The notes: generated by a model not told the origin, from the letters alone. 64,000 bases of DNA from an uncultured archaeon (GCA_938042195.1 CALIRQ010000006.1:46868-110867); one strand, 5' to 3'. Shown: positions 45,673 through 56,423, counted from the first letter of the stretch. Program-made: numbers and translations.

Positions 45673-46383
45673 CTAATGGCTGATCCTCTGATAGCGCGGC
45701 AGGGGCAGGCCGAAGAGGTATCTGATCCAGTTGAGCGTCCAGTAAAGGTAGCTCCTGAGGTAACCGTAAACCCTATACCTCCTCGGCGACTCCCTCACGG
45801 CGAACCCCTTCGGCAGGAAGGTCACCTTCCCAAGCCTGCTGATCCTCATTATCATATCGCAATCCTCCACCGATTCCAAGTCCTCCCTATAGCCGCCAAC
45901 GCGCTCGAAGGCCCACCTCCTAAAGGCTTGGAACTCCCCCTTTCCGTTCGGCATTATCCTAAGGGAAAACCTCATCCTAAGGTTCATGAAGACGTGCCAG
46001 AATATGTCCAGGAACGTTTCTTCCTCTGGATAGACCCTGACATCCGCTAGGACGGCCACGACCCCTTTATCCGAGAATGCCTCCAAAAGCTTCCTCCTAG
46101 TGTCTAGCGGCAATACGACGTCGGGATCCATCGATACGATTATGTCGCCGCTCGCCACCCTAGCGCCGATGTTCCTCGCCTTCCCGAATGTTTCGACCTT
46201 GGACATGCGTATTAGCTTATCGGCGTATTTTTCGGCTATGCCCAATGACCCATCCCAGCTCCCCTCATCGACGACTATCAGCTCATCCCCTTCCTCGAGT
46301 ACGGCCCTCAGGCTCTTTAGGCACCTCTCCAAGACCCTCTCCTCGTTGAAGACGTGGACGATGTAGCTTATCCTACTTTCCAT
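45673..46383 (-). CDS. Glycosyltransferase family 2
   Basis: FNEERVL, VVDEGSWD, ARNIGA, MDPD, GGYREDLESVED. Confidence 0.88.
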   Translation of the reverse strand: MESRISYIVHVFNEERVLERCLKSLRAVLEEGDELIVVDEGSWDGSLGIAEKYADKLIRMSKVETFGKARNIGARVASGDIIVSMDPDVVLPLDTRRKLLEAFSDKGVVAVLADVRVYPEEETFLDIFWHVFMNLRMRFSLRIMPNGKGEFQAFRRWAFERVGGYREDLESVEDCDMIMRISRLGKVTFLPKGFAVRESPRRYRVYGYLRSYLYWTLNWIRYLFGLPLPRYQRISH

Positions 46384-46536
46384 TTCGACGCACGGCCCGA
46401 GTCAGATAAAGAGGGGCCATGCGTCCCTTTAGCCTTAACGGCCGAGGGCATCGTTTCAAAAGGCATCGAGGGGCTCATCCGGCGCAATATTAATTGAGGA
46501 GGGGGCTCGAAGATTGATTCGAGGACCGATTCGGAA

Positions 46537-47049
46537 ATGGATTTGGAACAAGCGAAGTCGCTGATCCAAGCGACCCTAGCCCCGGTTGTGATGATATCCG
46601 GATGCGGCCTAATCGCTTTAGTTGTCCAAACTCGATATGGCAGGATAATCGATAGGATAAGGGCTCTGAGCGAAGAAAGGAGGGGGCTATTGGAGAGGTC
46701 CGGCGGCCTCGCCCATCAGGGCGCATTGGACGATCGCTTGAGGAGCATAGAAGCCCAGATGGAGAAGCTCATAAGGAGGGGTTTGTTGGTTAAGCGCGCC
46801 CTATTCTTTATAACCTCCTCGGTCTTCTCCTTCGTCCTCACGTCATTCCTCCTATACTTGGCCTATATCGCGGGCGCCCCCTTTGATCGCCTTTTCGCCT
46901 TCCTCACGCCAATGGCCTTCTTGGCTGGGATGGCGTTCCTCTTGATCGGCATGATCGCAATGGTTTTAGAGGTCGCGGCATCCTATACCTCTACCTTGGC
47001 CGAGGTTGGCATGGGGGCGGAGGGCGGAGGCGTTGGTTTGAGGAGCTAA
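46537..47049 (+). CDS. DUF2721-like membrane protein
   Basis: LAPVVMISGCGL, RYGRIIDRIRAL, RRGLLVKRALF and two C-terminal TM helices; family recalled from motifs. Confidence 0.65.
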   Translation: MDLEQAKSLIQATLAPVVMISGCGLIALVVQTRYGRIIDRIRALSEERRGLLERSGGLAHQGALDDRLRSIEAQMEKLIRRGLLVKRALFFITSSVFSFVLTSFLLYLAYIAGAPFDRLFAFLTPMAFLAGMAFLLIGMIAMVLEVAASYTSTLAEVGMGAEGGGVGLRS

Positions 47050-47103
47050 AAGGGTTCAGCGTGGGCCAGGTCCTCGCGATCGATGCGGAGCTGGTGGATC
47101 GGA

Positions 47104-47253
47104 ATGGGGAGGGCGTGCGTTTGTCCTAAATGCGGTTTCAGATTCGACATAAGCTATGGTAGGGCTTTCGCATGCTCCGGTTGCCGATCGGCGACAATGG
47201 GGAGCTGCGGCTATGCAAAATGCCCCAAATGCGGCCACGAATTTCCGCTTTAG
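47104..47253 (+). CDS. Small Cys-rich zinc-finger-like protein (49 aa; below ORF-track cutoff)
   Basis: MGRACVCPKCGFRFDISYGRAFACSGCRSATMGSCGYAKCPKCGHEFPL*: 8 Cys in CxCPKC, CxxC and CPKC; GGAG upstream. Confidence 0.7.
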   Translation: MGRACVCPKCGFRFDISYGRAFACSGCRSATMGSCGYAKCPKCGHEFPL

Positions 47254-47280
47254 CCCGCGGGATTTGAATCGCTCCCTTGA

Positions 47281-48663
47281 ATGTCCGCGATCCCGGCGCG
47301 AGTTCGCCAATGGGGATCCTTCATGATCCGTGGGCCGGAGGGGGTCCCGGAGATCGATGCCCTCGTTGGGATGCTCCGCTATGCCACGGGATCCAAGGGA
47401 ATTGGCGGCAAACTCAGGGCGGATCCGAAGGACTTCATCGTCAGGGAGCGCCTTTTGGACGGATCGATCGCCAGCGAGTCATTCGAGGGGGGGCAGCTAT
47501 CCGGGAAGGGCGACTTCCTTCGATGCGTCCTGGTGAAGTTGAATGTGGATCATTTCTCCGCGATCGAGCTCGCGGCCAAGGCCATGGGGTGCAGGCCGAG
47601 GGATGTGGGATTCGCCGGCATAAAGGACAAGAGGGCTCTTACGGCCCAATTCGTTACGTTTCCAGTAAGCAAGATCCGGGCTGGGGGGAGTAAGGCGAGG
47701 GGGATAGGCGATATCAAGTTAATCCCGGATGGGTTTGTGAATGAGGGATTACACCCAGGGAGCTCTGTTGGAAATCTCTTCGAGATAAGGGTTAGGGGAG
47801 CCCGCTCGGATCCGACTAGCCTCATGAGGGGCTTGGCGGAAATCGGCGCTTTGGGAGGGGTCCCAAACTTTTACGGATATCAAAGGTTCGGCACGGTGAG
47901 GCCCATAACGCATATCGTCGGAGGGGCCCTCGCGAGGGGCGATTTACGGGGGGCCCTCATGGAGTTCCTGGCGAGGGCCTTCAAATACGAGCCCCAAGAT
48001 GCGATCATGGCCAGAGAGGAGCTTTATGAAAGCGGGGATTTCGCAAAGGCTCTATCGGATTATCCGAAGCGCCTGCGCTTGGAGAGGATCGTGTTGAAGG
48101 CCCTGAAGCGCAATCCCTCGGATCCCCTTGGGGCCTTCAGGAGGTTGCCCCATGGCCTAAGGAGGCTCTTCGTCGAGGCCTATCAATCCTACTTATTCAA
48201 CAAGGTATTGAGCGGGCGCATGCTAAGGGGCCTTGATCTCAAATTGGTCGAAGAGGGGGATCTCATATCCCCCATTGCCGCCGATGGCTCGCCCCAAGGG
48301 GAGCCTAAGCCCGTCAAGGATCCCGAGGCGGCGAATATAGATGTAAGCGAGGGGAGGGCGTGTTTAGTGATTCCGGTCTTCGGCTACGGCGTAAGGCTTT
48401 CAGAGGGGGCCCAAGGGGAGATCGAAAGGGAGATCCTAGAAGGGGAGGGGATTTCGCCGAGGGCTTTCTACATAGGCGTTATGCCTGAGGCGAGTTGCGC
48501 GGGCAAATACAGGAGGGCTTTAATGCCCATTGAGGGCCTGCGTTTCGAGAGGATTGGGGAGGGCGAGCTCAAGTTCCAATTCTCCCTCCCAAGGGAGGGC
48601 TACGCCACGGTGGTCATGAGGGAGCTCATCAAGCCCGAGGATCCGGCGGGTCAGGGTTTCTGA
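47281..48663 (+). CDS. truD: tRNA pseudouridine(13) synthase
   Basis: PKDFIVRE, FAGIKDKRALTAQ, PNFYGYQRFG, AYQSYLFN, FSLPREGYATVVMREL. Start uncertain. Confidence 0.93.
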   Translation: MSAIPARVRQWGSFMIRGPEGVPEIDALVGMLRYATGSKGIGGKLRADPKDFIVRERLLDGSIASESFEGGQLSGKGDFLRCVLVKLNVDHFSAIELAAKAMGCRPRDVGFAGIKDKRALTAQFVTFPVSKIRAGGSKARGIGDIKLIPDGFVNEGLHPGSSVGNLFEIRVRGARSDPTSLMRGLAEIGALGGVPNFYGYQRFGTVRPITHIVGGALARGDLRGALMEFLARAFKYEPQDAIMAREELYESGDFAKALSDYPKRLRLERIVLKALKRNPSDPLGAFRRLPHGLRRLFVEAYQSYLFNKVLSGRMLRGLDLKLVEEGDLISPIAADGSPQGEPKPVKDPEAANIDVSEGRACLVIPVFGYGVRLSEGAQGEIEREILEGEGISPRAFYIGVMPEASCAGKYRRALMPIEGLRFERIGEGELKFQFSLPREGYATVVMRELIKPEDPAGQGF

Positions 48664-48688
48664 GTTTTGGAGGGGGCTCCAAATGGGC

Positions 48689-49702
48689 TTAGGGGCGGAG
48701 ATGGCAGGCAACGTAATGGAGGCGTTCCGCTTCGGTTAACCTCGGCTCCTCCTTATCGCATAAGGGCATGGCAATCGGGCATCGGGGATGGAGCCTGCAA
48801 CCGCTTGGGAGATTCGCGGGATCCGGCGGTTCCCCCTTAATACCTATCGGGATCCTCCTATGCCTATTCCCAGGGGCCGGCTCCAGGATGGCCCTCATCA
48901 GGGCCTCGGTGTAAGGGCTGAGGGGGTTTCCCAATACCGCATCGATTGGCCCGAGCTCGAGGATCTTCCCGAGGTACATCACGGCCAAGGTATCGGCGAA
49001 ATACGCCGCCGTTGACAAATCGTGCGTTATATAAACGTAGGCCATGCCGTATCTTTCCTTGAGCGATATCAAAAGATCCAGTATCTCCGCCCTTATCGAG
49101 AGATCCAGCATTGAAACGGGCTCATCGGCTACTATGAGCTTCGGCCTCAGGATCAGAGCCCTAGCGATCGCCAACCTCTGCCTCTGCCCACCAGATAGGG
49201 CATGGGGATGCCTCCCGAAGAACTCCTCCGGCGGCTCGAGCCTCACCTCCCTCAGCGCCTCGGCGACGAGCCCGATCCTCTCACCTCTCCCGCTGCCCAA
49301 TCCATGGATGGCCAAAGGCTCCATTAGGGTGTCGAGGACCGTGAACCTTGGATCGAGCGAGGAGTAGGGATCTTGGAAGATCATCTGAGCCCGGCGCCTA
49401 AACTCCTTCAGGCCCTTTCGATCGAGCTTTGCCAAATCCTTTCCTTCGAAAAGGATTTCCCCGCCATCCGGCTTGATCGCCCCGACCAGGAGCCTGCCCG
49501 TCGTGGTCTTGCCGCATCCCGATTCCCCAACCAACGCGAGCGTTTCCCCCTTCTCCAAATCCAGGGATACCCCATCGACCGCCCTGACGACCCTGGGCGG
49601 GCGCCCCCTCAGGAGGTCGAGGGGGGCCCTCCGAAGGGGGAAGGTTTTCGTGAGGTCCCTAGCGGCCAAGAGCGGTCCCTTGCCAGAGCTCCATCCGCGC
49701 AT
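48689..49702 (-). CDS. oppF: Oligopeptide ABC ATPase (OppF-like)
   Basis: GESGCGKTT, LSGGQRQR, DEPVSMLD, C-terminal CRLHPRC. Confidence 0.9.
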   Translation of the reverse strand: MRGWSSGKGPLLAARDLTKTFPLRRAPLDLLRGRPPRVVRAVDGVSLDLEKGETLALVGESGCGKTTTGRLLVGAIKPDGGEILFEGKDLAKLDRKGLKEFRRRAQMIFQDPYSSLDPRFTVLDTLMEPLAIHGLGSGRGERIGLVAEALREVRLEPPEEFFGRHPHALSGGQRQRLAIARALILRPKLIVADEPVSMLDLSIRAEILDLLISLKERYGMAYVYITHDLSTAAYFADTLAVMYLGKILELGPIDAVLGNPLSPYTEALMRAILEPAPGNRHRRIPIGIKGEPPDPANLPSGCRLHPRCPIAMPLCDKEEPRLTEAERLHYVACHLRP

Positions 49703-49721
49703 ATTCGATCGCCAAGCGTAT

Positions 49722-50678
49722 TCAACCGTAAAGCCAGCATCGAACCATGCGATTGCTCCCTAGCTCAACCGTCGGCGGGGCGCGTTCGCAGGAGGGGATC
49801 GCCGTTAAGCACCTCGGGCGGAACCTACAACCCTTCGGCGGGTTGGCCAAATCCGGTGGGGAGCCGAGTATTGGGGTGGGCTTCGATTTGCCCCCTCGGA
49901 TCCTCGGCGCGGCCGCCAGGAGGCCCCTCGTATAAGGGTGTTTTGGGTCGGAAAATATCAGATCAGAGGGGCCGAGCTCCACTATCTCTCCTGCGTACAT
50001 CACGGCGATGGCATCTGCTATCTCAGACACCACCCCCAAGTCATGCGTAAGGAGCATTATGGAGATACTCAGCCTCTCCCTCAAGTCCTTGAGCAGATTG
50101 AGTATCTGGGCCTGAACTACCACGTCAAGGGCGGTTGTTGGCTCATCGGCGATCAATATATCGGGCCTCAAGGCCAAGGCCATGGCTATCATCACCCTTT
50201 GCTTCATCCCCCCGCTGAGCTCATGGGGGTATCGATCCATAATCCCTTCGTCCAAGCCGACCTCCCATAGGGCCTTTATGGAGAGCTCCCTCGCATCCCT
50301 TTTCGGGAGTCCCAAGCGATAGACGAGCGGTTCCGAAAGCTGATGACCAATGGTGTAAACGGGGCTGAGGGCGTTCATTGCCCCTTGGAAGATCATCGAT
50401 ATCCTTTTCCATCGCACAATCCGGTCGAACTCGCCTTCGGAAAGGCTCATCAAATCGACCCCGTTGAGCCTAACGGCTCCGGAGATTATTCTCCCCGGGG
50501 ATGGGAGGAGCCTCAGCAGCGCGAGGCCAAGGGTCGATTTCCCGCAACCCGACTCCCCGACGAACCCCATCGATAAGCCCCCCTTGAGTTCGAAGGATAC
50601 CCCATCTACTGCCCTGAGGGGGGGCTTATCGGCCGGGAAGTAGTAAGCCCTCAATTCCTCCACCGCGAGCGCCTCCAT
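49722..50678 (-). CDS. oppD: Oligopeptide ABC ATPase (OppD-like)
   Basis: GESGCGKST, LSGGMKQRV, DEPTTALD, CRFRPRC. Confidence 0.9.
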   Translation of the reverse strand: MEALAVEELRAYYFPADKPPLRAVDGVSFELKGGLSMGFVGESGCGKSTLGLALLRLLPSPGRIISGAVRLNGVDLMSLSEGEFDRIVRWKRISMIFQGAMNALSPVYTIGHQLSEPLVYRLGLPKRDARELSIKALWEVGLDEGIMDRYPHELSGGMKQRVMIAMALALRPDILIADEPTTALDVVVQAQILNLLKDLRERLSISIMLLTHDLGVVSEIADAIAVMYAGEIVELGPSDLIFSDPKHPYTRGLLAAAPRIRGGKSKPTPILGSPPDLANPPKGCRFRPRCLTAIPSCERAPPTVELGSNRMVRCWLYG

Positions 50679-50681
50679 GGA

Positions 50682-52097
50682 TTAGGCCCCCCTCATCTTG
50701 GGATTCAAGGCCCTGTCCAATGCATAACCCATCATAACGAAGGCCAAGCTGGATAGGGCCAACATTACGCCCGGCGATAGGGCCCACCACCAGAGGCCCC
50801 TGATCGCCGCGCCGTGGATTTGGGCATCGTGAAGGATTTGCCCCCAAGTGGGCATCGTGGGATCCCCCAACCCGATGAAGCTTAGGCCGGCCTCCGCGAG
50901 GATTGCCGCCGGCACCGAAAGGGCGATGTTGGCCATGGCGTAAGGGATCAACTGGGGCGCTATATGCCTGAAGATTATCCTCCGGCTCGGGGCCCCCAAG
51001 AGCTCGACAGCCTCAATATACGGCGCGGCTTTGATTTGCAAAGCGACGCTCCTCGCCACTTTCGCTACCCCGACCCATCCGAATAGGACCAAATAGGCCA
51101 TCATATACAATAAGCTCCTGCCCAACGAGAGCGCGAGTAGGATCAGGAAGGGAAGGGCGGGAATCGCGTAAGCTACGTCGTTGAGCCTCATCATGAGCTC
51201 ATCCAAGCGCCCCCCGCAATACCCGCTTATCACGCCGTAAGCTATACCGATCGATACAGAGAGGATGGCGACCGATACGCCTATGGATAGCGCTATGGGC
51301 GTGCCCCATAATATCCCAACCGATAGATCCCTCCTTAGGTCATCGGTGCCGAATGGCCCGAAGACCTTCCCGCCAATCACCAATCTGCTAGATAGGACGT
51401 CATCCCCTTCCCCAAAGAGGAAGAACCGGGCTTGGAAGGCATAATCGCCCTTCAGAACCCCGGTCCCCCCTTCGGCCATTGAGGGCCCCTCCTTAGCAAA
51501 TATCATCCGCTCCGGGGATATCCCATCGGGGCTCACTATCACCCCGACCCTATCGGCCAAGCAATTCGCCAAGTTAACCTTCAGGCTCACATCGGTGGAG
51601 AATATCGCCGAATTATAAGCGCGAGCTTCCGATCCCTCGGGCCTCGGGGGCGCGGCGATCCTCGCCAAGAGCATGCGAAGGCCGTCCGGCCTCTCCGCCG
51701 AGAGTTCCACCAGCGGGGGCGATCCCCCATAAATCAGGGAGAATTTGAAGAGGAAATCATCCGGAAAGGCCTCATATAGGAAAGAGAAGTAGTAGGTATG
51801 CGTTACTACCCTAACCCAGCCGGCCGCGGATTGGCGTACCGTTGGATTCCTGAGCACCATGTGCTCGGGCAATTTTAAACCGGTCACGTAGTTCGCCCAT
51901 GCCGGCGGCGCCGCCCTGGGATATTCTGTCCAGTGGGATGGATTGTTCCATTGCCTATAGGAATCGAGCGGAACCGAAGCGATCGCGATCACGGAGAGCG
52001 CCAAGAGCATTGCGAAAAGCGCTAGGCCCGCTAAACCCACCTTGCATCTCTTATACTCCGCCCATAGGGATCTGGGGGACCACGCGCTCAACCCCAA
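50682..52097 (-). CDS. oppC: Oligopeptide ABC permease (OppC-like)
   Basis: FGTDDLRRD, YIEAVELLGAPSRRIIFRHIAP, LSFIGLGDP. Confidence 0.88.
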   Translation of the reverse strand: MGLSAWSPRSLWAEYKRCKVGLAGLALFAMLLALSVIAIASVPLDSYRQWNNPSHWTEYPRAAPPAWANYVTGLKLPEHMVLRNPTVRQSAAGWVRVVTHTYYFSFLYEAFPDDFLFKFSLIYGGSPPLVELSAERPDGLRMLLARIAAPPRPEGSEARAYNSAIFSTDVSLKVNLANCLADRVGVIVSPDGISPERMIFAKEGPSMAEGGTGVLKGDYAFQARFFLFGEGDDVLSSRLVIGGKVFGPFGTDDLRRDLSVGILWGTPIALSIGVSVAILSVSIGIAYGVISGYCGGRLDELMMRLNDVAYAIPALPFLILLALSLGRSLLYMMAYLVLFGWVGVAKVARSVALQIKAAPYIEAVELLGAPSRRIIFRHIAPQLIPYAMANIALSVPAAILAEAGLSFIGLGDPTMPTWGQILHDAQIHGAAIRGLWWWALSPGVMLALSSLAFVMMGYALDRALNPKMRGA

Positions 52098-52106
52098 TCA
52101 CCGGCC

Positions 52107-53162
52107 CTATCCAACCCTTACCCTTGGATCGAAGACGCCGTAGAGGACGTCCGCGATGAATACGCTGAGGAGGAATATGAGCGTCGAAACATAGGTCAGG
52201 CCGACTATCACGGGCACGTCGAGTAGGCCAATCGCCTCCCAGTAGAGCCTTCCGAGGCCGGGCCAATCGAAGACGGCTTCGGTTATCATCGCCCCGCCAA
52301 AGGATCCGGATAGCGCCAAGGCGATTATGGTTACTATCGGCGGAGCCGCGCTCCTGAGCGCATGGCCATAGACGATCTTCCTCTCCGGAACCCCCCTCGC
52401 CTTAGCGACGGTTATGAAATCCTCTTGGAGGATGCCAGCCACGAGGTTCCTTACTATGTAGGCCCACCCCCCAAAGCCAATGAGCGCGATCGTGAGCAGT
52501 GGCAACGCCATATGGTATAGGAGGGCCATGGGATAGGCTGGATCGCTCGGGAGGATCGGGGGGGTCGCTCTAGCCGGAAATATCCTGAGCGTATAGGAGA
52601 AGACGAGTATGGCGAGCATTCCAATCCACCAAAGCGGGAAGCTGTTGCTGAGAACCGCGTAGCCCAGCACCGCCTTGTCTAAAATCGAGCCGGCCCTCCT
52701 GGCGGCAGCGGCCCCGACGAGGATCCCCAAAACGGCGATCAGGAGCGTGGCCGTCCCGAAGAGCAAAACGGTCCTCGGGAGGCTCTCCAAAATTATGTCC
52801 TTGACGTTTGAGGATCCCCCATAGCCCCGGATGTAATAGGATTGGCCGAAGTCCAATGTCATAACCTTCATCGCGATCGCCCAGAGCCTCCTAGGGGAAT
52901 ACCAAGGATCGTTTAAGCCCATCGAGGCCACCTTTCCTTGGATCTGGGATTTGACGTAGTCCTCCAATTCCCTCGGATCCTTGAACTTCCCGACCAGCTC
53001 CTTGTTTTGGAGTATCTCGGCTCTAGTTTCTTGTTCGATGGCCCTCTTCAGGATCGCATCGGCCGATGGCCCAAGTATGGCGATCGTAAGCAGCACCGTG
53101 ACCAATAGGACCGCCGCCATGTTTAGGACCCTGCGGATCAGGAACCCCATTAGCCCCATCAT
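52107..53162 (-). CDS. oppB: Oligopeptide ABC permease (OppB-like)
   Basis: DFGQSY, EDFITVAKARG, ITEAVFDWPGLG. Confidence 0.88.
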   Translation of the reverse strand: MMGLMGFLIRRVLNMAAVLLVTVLLTIAILGPSADAILKRAIEQETRAEILQNKELVGKFKDPRELEDYVKSQIQGKVASMGLNDPWYSPRRLWAIAMKVMTLDFGQSYYIRGYGGSSNVKDIILESLPRTVLLFGTATLLIAVLGILVGAAAARRAGSILDKAVLGYAVLSNSFPLWWIGMLAILVFSYTLRIFPARATPPILPSDPAYPMALLYHMALPLLTIALIGFGGWAYIVRNLVAGILQEDFITVAKARGVPERKIVYGHALRSAAPPIVTIIALALSGSFGGAMITEAVFDWPGLGRLYWEAIGLLDVPVIVGLTYVSTLIFLLSVFIADVLYGVFDPRVRVG

Positions 53163-55757
53163 TCATCGCCCATTTTCGATCGGGGTCGACGGCGCTTGTA
53201 CCTTGGATCGCCTGAGCAAGAGCGCCATTAGCGCCGCGATCAAGGCTGAGGCGAGCGCGATCGCGGCGAAGGCCATGACCCCTCCCAGAGCCTCGGCGGA
53301 TTGAGGCGCGGGCTCGGTCCAGCCCCGCGCCTCCGGGATGGGCCCCTTCGATACCAAGAAGGCCGTTTCGAAGATCGATGGCTTTATCGCCTCGCGAGTT
53401 ATGGCGAAAACCTTGAGGGCGTAGGACCCGGGCTCAAGCGCGGAGGTCTCTTCCCCGCTCAGCCTTATCTCGAATGCCCCCGGGGGTTCAACGGGCTTCG
53501 CGGATCCCTTCGCGATCGTGAGGCCCCTCGGGTTCATTATCCTATATCCCACGGTCGCTCCCCAGCTCGGCTTGCCCCCCACCAAGACCCTTACCCTAAT
53601 TATAGCCTCCTCGCCCTTCGCCAGGGCCAAGGGCACCTCGGCGCCGATAACCTCCGCGGCCTTAAGGGTCTCGAGATCCCTCCATTGACCGAGCGGTATC
53701 GGATAGCTCGGATCCTTGAATGCCTTTATCGTGATCGTCCTAGCTTCCGGGTTATAACCATCCAGGTAGAATGGCCCATTGCTGACCACCGCGTGTCCAC
53801 GGCGCTCGATCCACTCGATCGCGGCATCGTATCGTTTGATGGCTTCGTCTAGCGATACATAGCCGCGGAGCGGTTTCGGGATCACCCGCTCAGATCTCAG
53901 CCAAGCCAAGGCCTCCTTGATCATATTCGCATCATGCCTTATTATGAGTGAGAGCCACCCCACTCCGCGCGTCTTGCTGGCGCTCTTCGAGAAGGCCGCC
54001 CTCCCCTCCACCACGAGCCTCTCCATGGCGGCGCCGATCTCCCAAGGGGTCGAGGCCCATAAGCTCGCGTAACTCGCTATGTGAGCATCGTCGAAGAACC
54101 AATAGTCAACATAGACCTCCACGCGGTTCCCCCCTGGGAACCTAACCCCCTTCAGCGTTTTCACGAATGGCCCAGCGCGCGGAGTATATTCCGGATCGAA
54201 CGTCGGGTCGCCCGAGCCCTCTTCGGTCCCCCATTCGAAGAGGAAATACAGCCAATAGAGGAGGTCCGCTTGGCTCATCGGGATCCCGTGATGCCAATTC
54301 CCATATTTGAGGCTGAGGGAGACCTTGCTGATGGCCTTGACCCCCTCGCCGACCGGCTTCCACTCCTCGGAGCCGGGATCCCAAACCTTTGCGTCGGGCG
54401 GCACGCCGAGCCTCCCGGTGGGCCCAGCGCTTTCGACCTTCCAATCCGCCCTCACGGGGAGGGGCTTCCCGGTATGGGGATGGTTCCACATGTCCGGATC
54501 GGCAACGGCCTGCCAGACCATCCTAGAGTATACGTCGTTAAGTCCTCCAATGGGGTTCCAAGATGCCTGATATATTTGTTTCATCCCTATGCGTATCGTC
54601 CCGCCAGCCCCTCCCTTGAGCCTAGCGTTCAAAAGCGTCCACCTGCTGGTTATCCCGGCCCCGAAATCCTCCACCACACCCTCGATCTCCCTGCTCACGA
54701 TGTATGGCTCCGTGGTGGATGCCAAGAATATCCTCACGGATTCCCTGATGCCCAATATGGCGGCTTCCCTGAGGAGCCCCTCCCTCTCCTCCCTAGATAT
54801 GAAGCCCCCCATGGTTATCCTCTTAGTGATCTCGTCCAATCTCTCATGTTTGTAATTCCAATACCTGGGCTCCCCGAAGCCTGGCATGTAACCGTACCAA
54901 GGGGAGTACATCTGTGATAAAATGACGTTGTCATATTCCGAAAAGCCCGACCGCCCCCACCCCTCCGTGTATAAATGCCATCGCTGGTCCTTCGGATCGG
55001 ATCCATAAACCAAATCGTAAGCCTTTATCAAGTCGCCGAATATCCTATCAATGAGGAAACCCGCCCTTTCGAGCTCAAATGCCAGAGTTTCCCCTATGGC
55101 CTTCCTGACAGGGTCATCGCTCCTGATGAATAGCTTGAGCTCGATCGGCTTGCCTTTGAAGGTCCATTTGCCATCGAGCCTCTCCGCCCCCGCGAGCCTC
55201 ATGGCCCCCGATATGGATTCCTCGGCTGAGCCGGGATCGTAGGCGATCCCCAAGGCCTCTAGCTCATCCGCCACTATCCAGTAATCCGGATCGTATGGGC
55301 CGAATGGGCTTATAATGGGGGCGCCATATCCCTTAATGATTTCATTGACTATATATCCCCTATCGATTAAGCGATTTATCGAATATCTAACCTCCCTTAT
55401 TGAGAGGGGGTTCAATCCGCCATCGGGCGCGGGGGCCGGATTGAGGAGCAGGCTCAGGATCCCGCCGGGCGTCTTGTGGACATTAACGCTAGGATCCCCC
55501 CTTAACTGGGCCGCCATCTCCAAGGGCACCCTCCAAAAGTAGGCGTGAAGGATGCCCGATTGGACCTCCTTCACGGCAACGCTCTCATCCAGATAGTGAA
55601 TGAAGACTATCTCGTCTGCATAAGCGCCCTTCGGTTCCATGCCTTGGCCATGCGCCGTGGGGGGAGCCGAGTTCATCAGGATCATGGCCGATAATGCGAT
55701 GAAAGTTATCCAAGCCCTTGGGGAACGCTGCTTCCCAGGCTTCTCCGCCTTCCCCAT
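53163..55757 (-). CDS. oppA: Oligopeptide ABC substrate-binding protein (family 5), C-terminal TM anchor
   Basis: N-terminal signal-like segment, REVRYSINRLIDR, VVSNGPFYL, extra C-terminal domain and TM helix. Confidence 0.85.
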   Translation of the reverse strand: MGKAEKPGKQRSPRAWITFIALSAMILMNSAPPTAHGQGMEPKGAYADEIVFIHYLDESVAVKEVQSGILHAYFWRVPLEMAAQLRGDPSVNVHKTPGGILSLLLNPAPAPDGGLNPLSIREVRYSINRLIDRGYIVNEIIKGYGAPIISPFGPYDPDYWIVADELEALGIAYDPGSAEESISGAMRLAGAERLDGKWTFKGKPIELKLFIRSDDPVRKAIGETLAFELERAGFLIDRIFGDLIKAYDLVYGSDPKDQRWHLYTEGWGRSGFSEYDNVILSQMYSPWYGYMPGFGEPRYWNYKHERLDEITKRITMGGFISREEREGLLREAAILGIRESVRIFLASTTEPYIVSREIEGVVEDFGAGITSRWTLLNARLKGGAGGTIRIGMKQIYQASWNPIGGLNDVYSRMVWQAVADPDMWNHPHTGKPLPVRADWKVESAGPTGRLGVPPDAKVWDPGSEEWKPVGEGVKAISKVSLSLKYGNWHHGIPMSQADLLYWLYFLFEWGTEEGSGDPTFDPEYTPRAGPFVKTLKGVRFPGGNRVEVYVDYWFFDDAHIASYASLWASTPWEIGAAMERLVVEGRAAFSKSASKTRGVGWLSLIIRHDANMIKEALAWLRSERVIPKPLRGYVSLDEAIKRYDAAIEWIERRGHAVVSNGPFYLDGYNPEARTITIKAFKDPSYPIPLGQWRDLETLKAAEVIGAEVPLALAKGEEAIIRVRVLVGGKPSWGATVGYRIMNPRGLTIAKGSAKPVEPPGAFEIRLSGEETSALEPGSYALKVFAITREAIKPSIFETAFLVSKGPIPEARGWTEPAPQSAEALGGVMAFAAIALASALIAALMALLLRRSKVQAPSTPIENGR

Positions 55758-55769
55758 CTCCAGCCCCCT

Positions 55770-56423
55770 TCATTTTAGGAATATGGACTTTAGTTTGTCG
55801 GAATCTTTGGCTGGCGTCAGGATCAGGACCTTTTGGCCCCCGGAGAGCTCCATGTTTCCATTGGGGAACTCTAGGGAATCCCCCTTGTATATGGCAATTA
55901 TCGATGATTCCTTCGGGATCTCCAGCTCGCTCAACTTCTTGCCATCGGCCTTGGAACCCTCCTCCACGGTGACTGACAAGAGGATCGTATCACCCGTCTT
56001 AGAGGAGAGGATCCGCGCGACCGTATGGTATCCGGAGATGGCGCCCTCGATGAGGTTCGCGGCTATCGTCTCCGGGCATACGGCTTCCTCTATCCCAAGC
56101 CTCTCGAACGTGCTGGCGAGGGTTGGGTCCGATATCCTCGCAATCAACCTGGGGACGCCCATCTCCTTCGCCAAGACACAGGCCAAGAGGTTTGTTTCAT
56201 CGTGATCGGTCAGGGCCACGAAGACGTCAGCCTTATCCACCTCGGCATCGCGAAACGTTTCGATCCGGGTGGCATCCCCTATTATAACGAGGGCATCCGT
56301 TTCCGACGAGAGGGCCCTCCCGCGTTTCTCATCCGATTCTATGACCACGACTTCATGTTTGACCGACATGGATTTGGCCAAGTGCCGCCCTATCCTGCCA
56401 GCGCCCACTATGACGATCCTCAA
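55770..56423 (-). CDS. trkA: Trk K+ uptake NAD-binding subunit
   Basis: IVGAGRIG, GDAT, ALTDHDETN, RCK-C domain. Confidence 0.92.
   Translation of the reverse strand: MRIVIVGAGRIGRHLAKSMSVKHEVVVIESDEKRGRALSSETDALVIIGDATRIETFRDAEVDKADVFVALTDHDETNLLACVLAKEMGVPRLIARISDPTLASTFERLGIEEAVCPETIAANLIEGAISGYHTVARILSSKTGDTILLSVTVEEGSKADGKKLSELEIPKESSIIAIYKGDSLEFPNGNMELSGGQKVLILTPAKDSDKLKSIFLK

Noticed and set aside
45430-46050. 206-aa plus-strand ORF
   Set aside because: Largely antisense to the GT2 gene with no recognisable domain.
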